Assembly: GCA_038064195.1 (NCBI GenBank)
Contig: JBBTTO010000002.1
Span: 333,356 to 397,355 of the forward strand
Source: Patescibacteria group bacterium
Lineage (GTDB): Bacteria; Patescibacteriota; Microgenomatia; Levybacterales; UBA12049
Length of the DNA: 64,000 bases
Direction of reading: 5' to 3'
Positions 28,090 through 36,809 of the stretch are shown piece after piece. Position 1 is the stretch's first letter. Each line of letters opens with the position of its first letter. The notes below the pieces were generated by a model. That model was not told where the DNA came from. It ran no database searches and was given only the letters and a program-made list of their open reading frames with translations. The position numbers and the translations under genes were made by a program.

Positions 28090-28992
28090 ATGAGTCTTTC
28101 GACAGGTGTGTCTTCTCAGCCGAGTAATTATCAAAAGCTGCACGCCAAATGGTCTAGGCGCCATGCAACTCTTAAAGAAAAGTTGCTCAGTAAACACAAA
28201 GAGTCTTTAGACTGGCTGTCCAAGAATGTCCCCGGGAAAGAGCATATCGCAGCGGGATCGCTTAGCGGACTTCTCCTTTTGGCTCCGCCTGCCTTTAATA
28301 GTCCCGCGGCTACTGTCTCAGGTGCAACGCAACAGGAACCCCCTTTTGAACTTTCGACACAATCAATACTGTTGAATGATTTAGGCAATGTCGTACCTCC
28401 TGATGTAGGGGTGCTTGACCCACAGGAGGAGCAGAAGATAACAACTATCTTGAGTAACCACCTGGGAACAGGAGTTACTGCTGAGATGAATGGAATTCGT
28501 ATGAATCGCAACTACGGTCTCATCGGGGCGGAGCAGCACTTGATGCGGTATCCCGGGGACACTATTGGATCTCATTTTGAGACTGATCAGGAAGCGGGTA
28601 AATTTGCCAGATCCGGAATGGCGCCGGGGAGAGGTGCTTGGGGATATTTTGCTTATTCGGCAGGTGAGATGACACAGAAGGATATCGATCGTGAGAAATA
28701 TTATATTGCCGTCCAGACATTTATGACGTCGGGGTATTCAGAACATGTGCGTGAATACTCAGAATTTTTCAAATTCCGTAAGGTACTGGTAGTCAATCCG
28801 CAAAACGGTAAAGCAATGGTAGTCGTGATCGGGGATGCGGGACCGGCGGTCTGGACGGGCAAGCAGTTAGGAGGATCACCGGAGGTGATGTCGTATCTTG
28901 AGCGGGTGGACGGAGCAGCTCGTGGGCCGGTACTCTATTTCTTTATTGATGATCCTGATGATAAAATTCCTTTAGGGCCGATAAATATCTGA
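28090..28992 (+). CDS. Hypothetical exported protein with an RlpA-like double-psi beta-barrel C-terminus
   Basis: Long ORF, hydrophobic segment, KVLVVNPQNGKAMVVVIGDAGP resembles the RlpA pattern; ATG at 28090 chosen. Confidence 0.6.
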   Translation: MSLSTGVSSQPSNYQKLHAKWSRRHATLKEKLLSKHKESLDWLSKNVPGKEHIAAGSLSGLLLLAPPAFNSPAATVSGATQQEPPFELSTQSILLNDLGNVVPPDVGVLDPQEEQKITTILSNHLGTGVTAEMNGIRMNRNYGLIGAEQHLMRYPGDTIGSHFETDQEAGKFARSGMAPGRGAWGYFAYSAGEMTQKDIDREKYYIAVQTFMTSGYSEHVREYSEFFKFRKVLVVNPQNGKAMVVVIGDAGPAVWTGKQLGGSPEVMSYLERVDGAARGPVLYFFIDDPDDKIPLGPINI

Positions 28993-28998
28993 CCATAT

Positions 28999-29328
28999 AT
29001 GCGAAAAAAACAGTTTTATAGTCATATCATTGAGACAGAGTCAGTCGTTGTCAGACTGCATGAAATGGAGTTGAAGGATGAGGAAAAAGAGCATCTCCAA
29101 AGCCTCATGGAATCAAGCTTGCACCATACTATATTAGATGCTATTCTGTCAGAGTTAAGCCCAAGTGATAAAAAACTCTTCCTGTCGGTACTCGCAAGCG
29201 ATGACCATGAGGCAATCTGGAAGTTTTTGAAAGAGAAAATTGACGGGATAGAGGGGAAAATCCAGAAGGTCGCAGACGAACTAAAAAAAGAGCTTCACGA
29301 AGATATTGACGAGGTACATAGACCATGA
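28999..29328 (+). CDS. Hypothetical protein (helical, acidic, His-rich)
   Basis: Operon-like spacing; ATGA overlap with the next gene. Confidence 0.75.
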   Translation: MRKKQFYSHIIETESVVVRLHEMELKDEEKEHLQSLMESSLHHTILDAILSELSPSDKKLFLSVLASDDHEAIWKFLKEKIDGIEGKIQKVADELKKELHEDIDEVHRP

Positions 29329-30425
29329 AAGCAATTTTCTACTTAACCGCTTCAACACTCACTATTCAGACTGAAAAAACAGTTCTTAAGCGTATTACTC
29401 TGCCTGAGGATATAGTGGGTGAAGATAAGTCTGTCAATACTCCCGCTCTCAGGTCATATTTTGAGGAACAGATCACATCCATAGCCAAGAAGGCCAGTCC
29501 GGGTGTCGTTATTCTGGGCTCGGGGGTTCTGGCACAAGTGGTAGTACCTAAGGGTGAGGAGTTAGCCTCATTCAAAGAAGAACTCCTTAAAAATCTCACT
29601 TTTTCGCAAGAATATGTAGTAGAAAAGACGATTGAGACAAAAACAAAGACCTATATCCTGATTGCCAACAAAGCATTGTTTGAGGCGGTTGTTGATGCAT
29701 GTCGAAGTGCCGGGATTGATATAGGCGCGGTTCTTCCTTTTTCTCTTTTCAGTGATTTAGATGCGGAAGAATCACTGACGAAAAAAGATATTAAGGCTAT
29801 GCTTAAGCAAAAGGAGCTCTATAAAGTCGGAGATTTCCTGTCTGAGGAGACAACTGAGGAAGAAAAAGTACCTGAGAAGGCTGAGCTTAGTGAAGAGGAG
29901 ACGAAGAAAGAGGAAGACGAGGTTGTTTCTCCCGTAGATGAGGTGAGCTCAGGGGAAGCGTACACTAAAGAGTCGCGCTGGAATACGGCCAGACTCTTGG
30001 TCCTACTCGGTTTTTTGATAGTTTTGACGCTTCTGATGGGAGGGCTTATTTATTTCCAGCAGATACGCTTTCAGAGTAGCAATACTCCGGAAACGTCCGA
30101 AGCAGTTACTCCGACGCCAACGGAAGTACCAAAAGAAGTGGCAAAAACAGATCTTAAAGTCAGTATTAAAAACGGCACCGGAACTGCCGGACAGGCAGGT
30201 AGAGTGAAGGATCTCCTCTCAGGCATCGGTTACTCGGCTATAACAACCGGAAATGCTGAGAGTACCGATCATGACAAAACAGAAATTGTTTTCTCGTCTC
30301 AGGTTAGTACTAAGCAGCAACAGGAGATTAAAGACCTTCTTTTAACCACCTTCACGGCAGTTACAACGCGGGTAGATAATCAGGCAACAGACGATATTTT
30401 GATAATCACAGGCATCGAAAAATAA
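29325..30425 (+). CDS. Membrane protein with C-terminal LytR_C domain
   Basis: Single TM; VSIKNGTGTAGQAG...GNA...DILIITG LytR_C signature. Confidence 0.8.
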   Translation: MKAIFYLTASTLTIQTEKTVLKRITLPEDIVGEDKSVNTPALRSYFEEQITSIAKKASPGVVILGSGVLAQVVVPKGEELASFKEELLKNLTFSQEYVVEKTIETKTKTYILIANKALFEAVVDACRSAGIDIGAVLPFSLFSDLDAEESLTKKDIKAMLKQKELYKVGDFLSEETTEEEKVPEKAELSEEETKKEEDEVVSPVDEVSSGEAYTKESRWNTARLLVLLGFLIVLTLLMGGLIYFQQIRFQSSNTPETSEAVTPTPTEVPKEVAKTDLKVSIKNGTGTAGQAGRVKDLLSGIGYSAITTGNAESTDHDKTEIVFSSQVSTKQQQEIKDLLLTTFTAVTTRVDNQATDDILIITGIEK

Positions 30426-30531
30426 TAGTCAGCGTATTTTACCTTCTTTTTAGATCCTCTCCTGCTGCTTCCCAGTTGTCAGGTTGCTGTCAAGCTCCCC
30501 ATCCAGCTCAAGAGTATAATAAGCCTATAAT

Positions 30532-31119
30532 ATGAGAGGCAGGTTAGAATATCCTTCACGTTGGGACGGAGTCGCTTTTCACGGCTCAAATATCAAATCA
30601 GGTCCAAATCAGGACGCAGAGCTATTTAATCGACAGCTGGAACGATTTCCTGATCTTCTGATCAGTGGCATGTTAGATGGTATCGATGCTGGCATGCATA
30701 AATTTGACAATATGCCTTATGATGTGACAGTTCTTGGTCCTCCTAAACTCATGACAGTAGGAACGCCAACAATTGGTCAAGTAGTACTAAAAGCCAAGTT
30801 GCTTTTGTGGGGTGAACATTCAGATTTCGGTATATCCAATTCTGATCCCTGGAAAGATAAAGAAACCATTACCTATGTGACAGTTTCAGGGAATGTCTGG
30901 AACCCGTGCAGATCTTTTATTGAAGCAAGTCATATTGGTGATGAATATGATGAGATGGATTCACTTTTCTGGCAGTCTTTATCAGATGAAGAGATGCAGC
31001 GGCGTATTGCTGCTCTATGGCAACGTAAAGAGATGATCCAGGAAGCAAGTCGGTTTAGCGAGAACAGAAAAAGTAATGATAGACAGGTCAACTTATATCG
31101 TAGATCTCTTACCGCGTAA
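30532..31119 (+). CDS. Hypothetical protein
   Basis: 195-aa ORF filling the gap, TATAAT upstream, no recognised motif. Confidence 0.6.
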   Translation: MRGRLEYPSRWDGVAFHGSNIKSGPNQDAELFNRQLERFPDLLISGMLDGIDAGMHKFDNMPYDVTVLGPPKLMTVGTPTIGQVVLKAKLLLWGEHSDFGISNSDPWKDKETITYVTVSGNVWNPCRSFIEASHIGDEYDEMDSLFWQSLSDEEMQRRIAALWQRKEMIQEASRFSENRKSNDRQVNLYRRSLTA

Positions 31120-31120
31120 G

Positions 31121-32302
31121 TTATCTCCTGACAAAAAGAATGGCGTTAGGGATATTACGTCCCGGGCCCAATTTATAGCCACCTGACCAGAGGGCGGTAG
31201 ATCCTCCTTCATCAAGATTCATTGCATTTTCCATACCTAACGTCTTCATGGTACGTGCCGACTCCCCCATGGTGGCGTTATAAACAAAGCCTATATAGAC
31301 GGTGCTCCCCCGCGCGGCGACGAAACCTCGAGGGCCTTTGCTGTTGAATTTGGGATCAGGATTGTCAGAATAAACGACATTTCCGCCTGAGACAAGAAGC
31401 GGGAAATTAGAGAGAACTGCATCAACGCCCGTGTCGCGTCCCCATTCTGACGCGTGTGCTACAAAACGTGCAGAACTTCCCTGAAAAATGACAGCCGGAT
31501 TGTTACTATAGACATTATTATCAGAGTTAAAATAATGCTTATTCTTATTCATCACCAGAAGGTCAAAGGAGTTGGTTTTTCCGGAGCAGCTCGGGTATTC
31601 GGCCGGACAAAAATACGTACCGTTGATGCCCGCGAAAGCGCCGTTACGAGCAACATAATCGCTCAAGGGGAGAACAGGGCAATTGTTGCTACAATCTCCA
31701 TCTGATGCGGTATCGACAATAACACGTGTCGAATTAAGATCAGCAGCGACAATTGCGACCGTAAAATCCCCGACATCGGTTGAGACTTTTTGTACACTAA
31801 AGCCTGATCCCGGGGGTGTATTGTTTGCCGGTGCATTGGTAGCAGCTGCAGGCAGAGATGATATTGCCAATGCGGCTTGGGCTTTGGACTGGTCGTCTTT
31901 GATTTGTTTGTTCAAAGCGACCAGTGTCGCATCAGATGAGGCATAGTTACGTTCGGAGAGGTAGGCGAGTGACTGAGTGAACAGCTTTTCATAAGCATCG
32001 GTTTTCTGTTTTTGCGCTCTCAGGTCCTGAATCGTTTCATACGTCTTAAGCGCAACTTTATAAGAAGATTCGATGGCCTTAATCTGTGTCTGAAGTGTCT
32101 CATTGCGCTTAAACTGATCCTGATTTTTGAGATCCTGATATTGCTTTTCAACACGAGCAAGTTGTTTTTGTGTCGCGGATAAACTTTTGTTTTGTGAGGT
32201 GAGTTTGACAACGGCGAGAATGATAAGAACAGCCGCAACGATAACAGGAACACTGAATAAGAAGGCCAGGTGTTTTTTGAGGATATGAAGCAGTTGGGAC
32301 AT
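31121..32302 (-). CDS. Phosphodiester glycosidase (NAGPA/DUF2233) family protein with TM and coiled coil
   Basis: AGINGTYF, GPRGFV, AMNLDEGGSTAL, RNIPNAI. Confidence 0.8.
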   Translation of the reverse strand: MSQLLHILKKHLAFLFSVPVIVAAVLIILAVVKLTSQNKSLSATQKQLARVEKQYQDLKNQDQFKRNETLQTQIKAIESSYKVALKTYETIQDLRAQKQKTDAYEKLFTQSLAYLSERNYASSDATLVALNKQIKDDQSKAQAALAISSLPAAATNAPANNTPPGSGFSVQKVSTDVGDFTVAIVAADLNSTRVIVDTASDGDCSNNCPVLPLSDYVARNGAFAGINGTYFCPAEYPSCSGKTNSFDLLVMNKNKHYFNSDNNVYSNNPAVIFQGSSARFVAHASEWGRDTGVDAVLSNFPLLVSGGNVVYSDNPDPKFNSKGPRGFVAARGSTVYIGFVYNATMGESARTMKTLGMENAMNLDEGGSTALWSGGYKLGPGRNIPNAILFVRR

Positions 32303-32490
32303 TTACATTATTTTATCAGGAAAATTTAAGACTGATCAAGTCAATAGTATTTGATTTGAGGCTAATAAAGCCCTATAATATCTTTCTTATGTCTGAGAAA
32401 TTGAGACCACGAGATTTTGATACCTCTTCAGAATTTTTTGATGGTTGAGTCAAAGAGGATCGTTCCCTCTCAGGTGATACTCCCGCGATC

Positions 32491-33867
32491 GTGTTGTATA
32501 ACGGAGTGGGAGAAGCAGACGTTGCTTCTCCGGATTTCCTTGCAGGAGTCGAAGAGCTACTAGAAGATATTAGAGAGCCTGATAATATGTCAGTGCTGTT
32601 GCAAGAAATTGAAGCAAGGGGTGATATTGTCGATGCGTTCCCCCGTGTCCCCTCAGAGATTTTGGATTCTGACTTGGATGATCCTGTTGTACTTTATTTT
32701 CGAGATGCAGGTACGAGAGATATTCTAACTCGCGAAGAAGAAGTGAGCCTTGCGCAAGCAATGGAGCGAGGGGACACGGCTGCAAGAGCGATATTGATCG
32801 AATCAAATTTACGTCTCGTTGCCTCCATAGCGAATCGATATGTTGGTCGAGGCCTTGATTTCCTAGATCTAATTCAGGAAGGTAATATCGGACTGATGCG
32901 TGCAATTGAGAAATTTGATTGGCGGCTGGGGTATAAAATATCTACCTATGCGACGTGGTGGATACGCCAATCTATGACGCGAGCGATTGCTGATAAAGGA
33001 CGCATCATACGATTACCTGTCTATATTATTGAATCTGGTCATAGTATACGAAGAACTGAGAACGATTTGAAGAGTGAGTTTGGTAGGGAGCCAACTGATG
33101 ATGAGGTTGGAGCTGCATCAGGATTTGGCAGAGAAAGAGTAGATGCTATCAAGTCACATACCCAAGGAATTGATTCTCTCAATCGTCCTTTAGATCAAGA
33201 TCCTGATCATGAGAGAGGAGATTTTCTGGCAGATCCGGACAATCTTGAAGAAGGTGTCTTAACCGGTGTGCAAAATCAGGAAATTTTAGACGGGCTTGCA
33301 GGGCTAACAGACAGAGAAAAATTGATCATCTCTATGAGGTTTGGTCTTAAGGGGAGTGATACCCATACGCTTGAAGAGACCGGATACGAGTTAGAAATAA
33401 CTCGTGAGAGGGTACGACAAATTGAAAAAAAAGCTCTTGCCAAGCTAAAAAGAAATAATCATATGCGATCTTTATATTATGGCGATTCGGAAGAGTCAGT
33501 CAGAAGGGCTACTGTGCCAGAACAAGTAGTAGTACCGTCTTCTCATGTGGACACAGTTGAATATGTTCAGTTTTCTCACATTGAAAAGGAGATTTTTAGG
33601 CTTTATGCCAGAGGATTGAGTCTCAAAACGATTGCAAAGATTGCGGGTATTACCAATCAAGATGCAAAAAACTATATTACCAGCATACGGCATAAGCTAA
33701 AAGCTTCCACGAGGACTGAGGCGATAAGTATCGGTACCAGGCTTGGATTACAGACAGATACTGATGGTGGTAGTGATGATCTAGGAATAGAGAATGGTAA
33801 TTCAGGGTTTATTCCTGAAGTTGGATCTCAAAGGGATCCTGATCTGTCTCAGCCTGATAGAGAGTAG
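32491..33867 (+). CDS. RpoD-like sigma-70 factor fused to a C-terminal LuxR-type HTH; true start uncertain
   Basis: DPVVLYF (region 1.2), [41 protein letters not shown]...TRERVRQIE; tail [19 protein letters not shown]...[11 protein letters not shown]. Confidence 0.88.
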   Translation: MLYNGVGEADVASPDFLAGVEELLEDIREPDNMSVLLQEIEARGDIVDAFPRVPSEILDSDLDDPVVLYFRDAGTRDILTREEEVSLAQAMERGDTAARAILIESNLRLVASIANRYVGRGLDFLDLIQEGNIGLMRAIEKFDWRLGYKISTYATWWIRQSMTRAIADKGRIIRLPVYIIESGHSIRRTENDLKSEFGREPTDDEVGAASGFGRERVDAIKSHTQGIDSLNRPLDQDPDHERGDFLADPDNLEEGVLTGVQNQEILDGLAGLTDREKLIISMRFGLKGSDTHTLEETGYELEITRERVRQIEKKALAKLKRNNHMRSLYYGDSEESVRRATVPEQVVVPSSHVDTVEYVQFSHIEKEIFRLYARGLSLKTIAKIAGITNQDAKNYITSIRHKLKASTRTEAISIGTRLGLQTDTDGGSDDLGIENGNSGFIPEVGSQRDPDLSQPDRE

Positions 33868-34739
33868 GATTTAAACTTGTCGATGTTAGCTTTATCAGGG
33901 CCTTTTTTATCAAGTCCCGGGACTTCTAAAATAAATGGTTTGTTCTTCGTCAAAGAACTGTTTACTAACATCTTAAATTCATCTTCCGGAATTTGACCCA
34001 TGCCTAAATTTTCATGTCTATCTCTGAACGAGCCCAGCGGATCTTTACTGTCATTGATCTGAAATACTTCAAGTCTGTCCATGCCGACTTTTTGCTCAAA
34101 TTCGTCAAAATATGTCTTAAATTTGTCCTCAGTTGATAGATCACAGCCAGCGCCCCAGAGATGACAGGTGTCCAGACAGACTTTAATACGGGGATGATTT
34201 AATTGCCTCACAATAAATCCTAATTCCGAAAGTGACCAGTTGAGCTTTTTGTTGCCGGCATTTTCAATAATAAAATACGTTCCTTCAGGTGTGCTATCAA
34301 GCACAGCCTGAACATTGTTAAAGACAATGTCATATTGTTTAGCAGTCGGTTTTTCTGCCTGCTTGAAAGAACCCAGATGAATGATTGAACCGACAATGTT
34401 CATTCTCTTAGCCAGGTTTAACTCATCTATAAGGGTCTGGATGGAAGCCTTACCGATGCGGTCATTGTCGGCGAAGTTGACGAGATAGGAAGCATGGAAA
34501 TAGACAGGATCTATGGCATATTTCTTTCGTTCAGTCAAAAAAGTCTCAATTTGCTCATCACTTACAGGCTGGACGCCCCAGTTACGAGGGGAAGAGGAAA
34601 AAATCTGCAGGCAGTTGCCGCCGATCTCGTTAATTTTATGAAGTGCGTTATGATATCCGCCCGCAATTGATAAATGAGCGCCAATTTTCAGGTTAGTGGT
34701 CTTTGTGATAACGCTCTTCGATTTTGTTGAGCTTGTCAT
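33849..34739 (-). CDS. nfo: Endonuclease IV
   Basis: [38 protein letters not shown]; true start may be nearer LKIGAH. Confidence 0.93.
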   Translation of the reverse strand: MTSSTKSKSVITKTTNLKIGAHLSIAGGYHNALHKINEIGGNCLQIFSSSPRNWGVQPVSDEQIETFLTERKKYAIDPVYFHASYLVNFADNDRIGKASIQTLIDELNLAKRMNIVGSIIHLGSFKQAEKPTAKQYDIVFNNVQAVLDSTPEGTYFIIENAGNKKLNWSLSELGFIVRQLNHPRIKVCLDTCHLWGAGCDLSTEDKFKTYFDEFEQKVGMDRLEVFQINDSKDPLGSFRDRHENLGMGQIPEDEFKMLVNSSLTKNKPFILEVPGLDKKGPDKANIDKFKSYSLSG

Positions 34740-35025
34740 TAATTGCCCGTTCGATGTCTACGCCTGCGGCGTTGGCAAGTTGGATGGTCGTTATAAGTAC
34801 GTCGGCAAACTCTTCATAGAAATTTCTTTTATCAAAGCGATCGAGCTTAGACTTTCTCTGTAATTTAAGCACAGAGAGTGTATCGTTACAGAGTTCGCCT
34901 ACCTCTTCATTTAATTTAATTGTTTTGGTCAGAATCTCTTTTTCAGCTTGGGTATTGAGCTTATAAATGATCGGCTTTTTCCGATCCAGCTCTTTCATTT
35001 TTGCCTGTAGTGCTTTAAAATCCAT
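34693..35025 (-). CDS. MazG-like nucleotide pyrophosphohydrolase
   Basis: KLNEEVGEL...EEFADVL; start at MDFKAL, 6 nt after TGcTATACT. Confidence 0.85.
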   Translation of the reverse strand: MDFKALQAKMKELDRKKPIIYKLNTQAEKEILTKTIKLNEEVGELCNDTLSVLKLQRKSKLDRFDKRNFYEEFADVLITTIQLANAAGVDIERAINDKLNKIEERYHKDH

Positions 35026-35071
35026 GCTTGCAGTATAGCACAGAATGCAGAAGATGGTGTAAACTTTCGCT

Positions 35072-35665
35072 ATGGATAAAGCACGGACAATTCTCAGTAA
35101 AAAAGATCCGATACTTGGGAAAGTTATCAAAAAGATAGGATCTTTTGAAAGCCACAAAGGCGGGAATTATTTCGAGGATTTGACTGAATCAATTGTCTCA
35201 CAGCAACTCTCAATCAAAGCAGCCAATACGATCTGGGGTCGATTTATCGCCTTACTGCCTGACAAGAAGGTCACTCCGGAGAATGTTTGGGAAGTGCCGG
35301 ATCAGAAAATCCGTGATGCCGGTCTCTCCTGGTCAAAAGTCGCATACGTTAAGGATCTGGCGAAAAAGACAATGGAGTCAGGTATTATCTTTGAGCAATT
35401 TGAGATCATGACTGATGAGGAGATCATCACTGAGCTTATCAAAGTAAAAGGTATAGGACGCTGGACTGCTGAGATGTTTTTGATGTTTGCGATGGAGCGG
35501 CCGGATGTTTTTTCCTACGGCGATTTAGGGCTGCGCCGTGCTATTCAGAAATTATATAGTTTTGATCATGAGCCGACTGTTGAGGAAGCAGAGAAAATAG
35601 CACAGAAATGGAAGCCATACAGGACCCTCGCCTGTCGTTATTTGTGGCGTAGTCTTGAACTATAA
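35072..35665 (+). CDS. alkA: DNA-3-methyladenine glycosylase II (HhH-GPD)
   Basis: SIVSQQLS, VKGIGRWTAEM, DLGLRR, WKPYRT. Confidence 0.9.
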   Translation: MDKARTILSKKDPILGKVIKKIGSFESHKGGNYFEDLTESIVSQQLSIKAANTIWGRFIALLPDKKVTPENVWEVPDQKIRDAGLSWSKVAYVKDLAKKTMESGIIFEQFEIMTDEEIITELIKVKGIGRWTAEMFLMFAMERPDVFSYGDLGLRRAIQKLYSFDHEPTVEEAEKIAQKWKPYRTLACRYLWRSLEL

Positions 35666-35666
35666 T

Positions 35667-35701
35667 CGGTAGCGGGTAGCGGGTAGCGGGTAGCGGGTAG
35701 C
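35667..35701. repeat. Near-perfect 7-mer tandem repeat (gggtagc)x5
   Basis: cggtagc|gggtagc|gggtagc|gggtagc|gggtagc. Confidence 0.9.
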
Positions 35702-35719
35702 TTGTGCTATTCTAGAATT

Positions 35720-36715
35720 GTGAAGATTGCTTTTTTTGAGATAGAAGAATGGGAGGAAGACTTCCTCCAAAAAAAACTTGAAGGACATGACATTTCATTT
35801 GATACAGATTTGATATCTCCAGAGACTCCCCGGATAGACAATATTGAGATTTTGTCGGTTTTTATCTATTCAAAAGTTGATAAAGACCTCCTTTCGAAAA
35901 TGCCTCAACTTAAGATGATCGTTACTCGCTCAACCGGCTTTGATCATATCGATATTGAGGCTTGTAAGGCCAGAAATATCATCGTAACCAATGTGCCTGA
36001 ATACGGTACCCAGACAGTAGCCGAACATACCTTCGCACTCCTTTTAGCCCTCTCCCGAAAAATTGTCCAGTCAGTTGAAAGGACACAGAAAAGTGATTTT
36101 AGCCTGGATGGGCTTCGGGGTTTTGATCTTTATAAAAAGACACTGGGAGTGGTCGGCGCGGGTAATATCGGACAAGCTGTTATCAGGATTGCCAACGGAT
36201 TTGGCATGGATATCCTGGTATCTTCACCACACCAGGATATGGAATTGGCCCAGCGTTTAGGCTTTATGTATGTTGATCTGGAACATCTTTTAAAAGTCTC
36301 AGATATTATTACCTTTCATGTGCCTTTGACTCCGGAGACCAAGCATATGCTTAATAAAGATAATATCTCACAACTGAAAAAAGGAGCTATCGTTCTTAAT
36401 ACTGCCAGAGGCGGGATAATTGAGACTGAGGCACTTTTAATGGGACTTGAGCAGGGGATAGTAGCCGGGGCAGGTATAGATGTACTTGAGGAGGAATGCT
36501 TTATTAAGGAAGAAAGGCAGCTTCTGACCAGTCAGTTTCTCAAGGAATGTGATATCAAGGCACAACTTCTCAATCACGTATTGGTGACGAAAGAGAATGT
36601 CCTGGTGACACCCCATAATGCCTTTAACAGCATTGAGGCGCTTTTGCGTATCCTTGACGTTAGTGTCGAGAACGTGCTATCTTTTGTCCAGCAAAAAACC
36701 GTTAATCAGGTTTGA
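35720..36715 (+). CDS. D-2-hydroxyacid (D-lactate-like) dehydrogenase
   Basis: TRSTGFDHID, GVVGAGNIG, NTARGG, DVLEEE, TPHNAF; GTG start at 35720. Confidence 0.92.
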   Translation: MKIAFFEIEEWEEDFLQKKLEGHDISFDTDLISPETPRIDNIEILSVFIYSKVDKDLLSKMPQLKMIVTRSTGFDHIDIEACKARNIIVTNVPEYGTQTVAEHTFALLLALSRKIVQSVERTQKSDFSLDGLRGFDLYKKTLGVVGAGNIGQAVIRIANGFGMDILVSSPHQDMELAQRLGFMYVDLEHLLKVSDIITFHVPLTPETKHMLNKDNISQLKKGAIVLNTARGGIIETEALLMGLEQGIVAGAGIDVLEEECFIKEERQLLTSQFLKECDIKAQLLNHVLVTKENVLVTPHNAFNSIEALLRILDVSVENVLSFVQQKTVNQV

Positions 36716-36716
36716 G

Positions 36717-36809
36717 GATACAGGTGTGGCTGCCAGTATGGGTTTAGGCATAGTTGGAAGAAACCCTTTCAACAAAACCATACCTAAACCAGCTGCTACA
36801 ACCATAACT
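36717..36809. repeat. Inverted pair of degenerate 6-mer arrays (ggtata-type)
   Basis: 36723-36755 matches 10423-10455 at 27/33; the complementary arm aaaaccatacctaaacc...accataact follows. Confidence 0.75.

Noticed and set aside
32446-32448. TGA recoded as Gly (genetic code 25)
   Set aside because: RF2 is encoded in the window, conserved genes (P-type ATPase, ldh, prfB) end at TGA, and no other gene is interrupted.
35667-35701. Possible CRISPR array
   Set aside because: 7-nt units with no spacers and no cas genes; a simple tandem repeat.
36618-36809. N-terminal extension of tkt, and likewise of rpsT, prfB, mazG-like, rmlB, rmlC, rdgB and the DUF5679-like gene
   Set aside because: The extensions overlap upstream genes, promoters or repeat elements; downstream starts match family N-termini.
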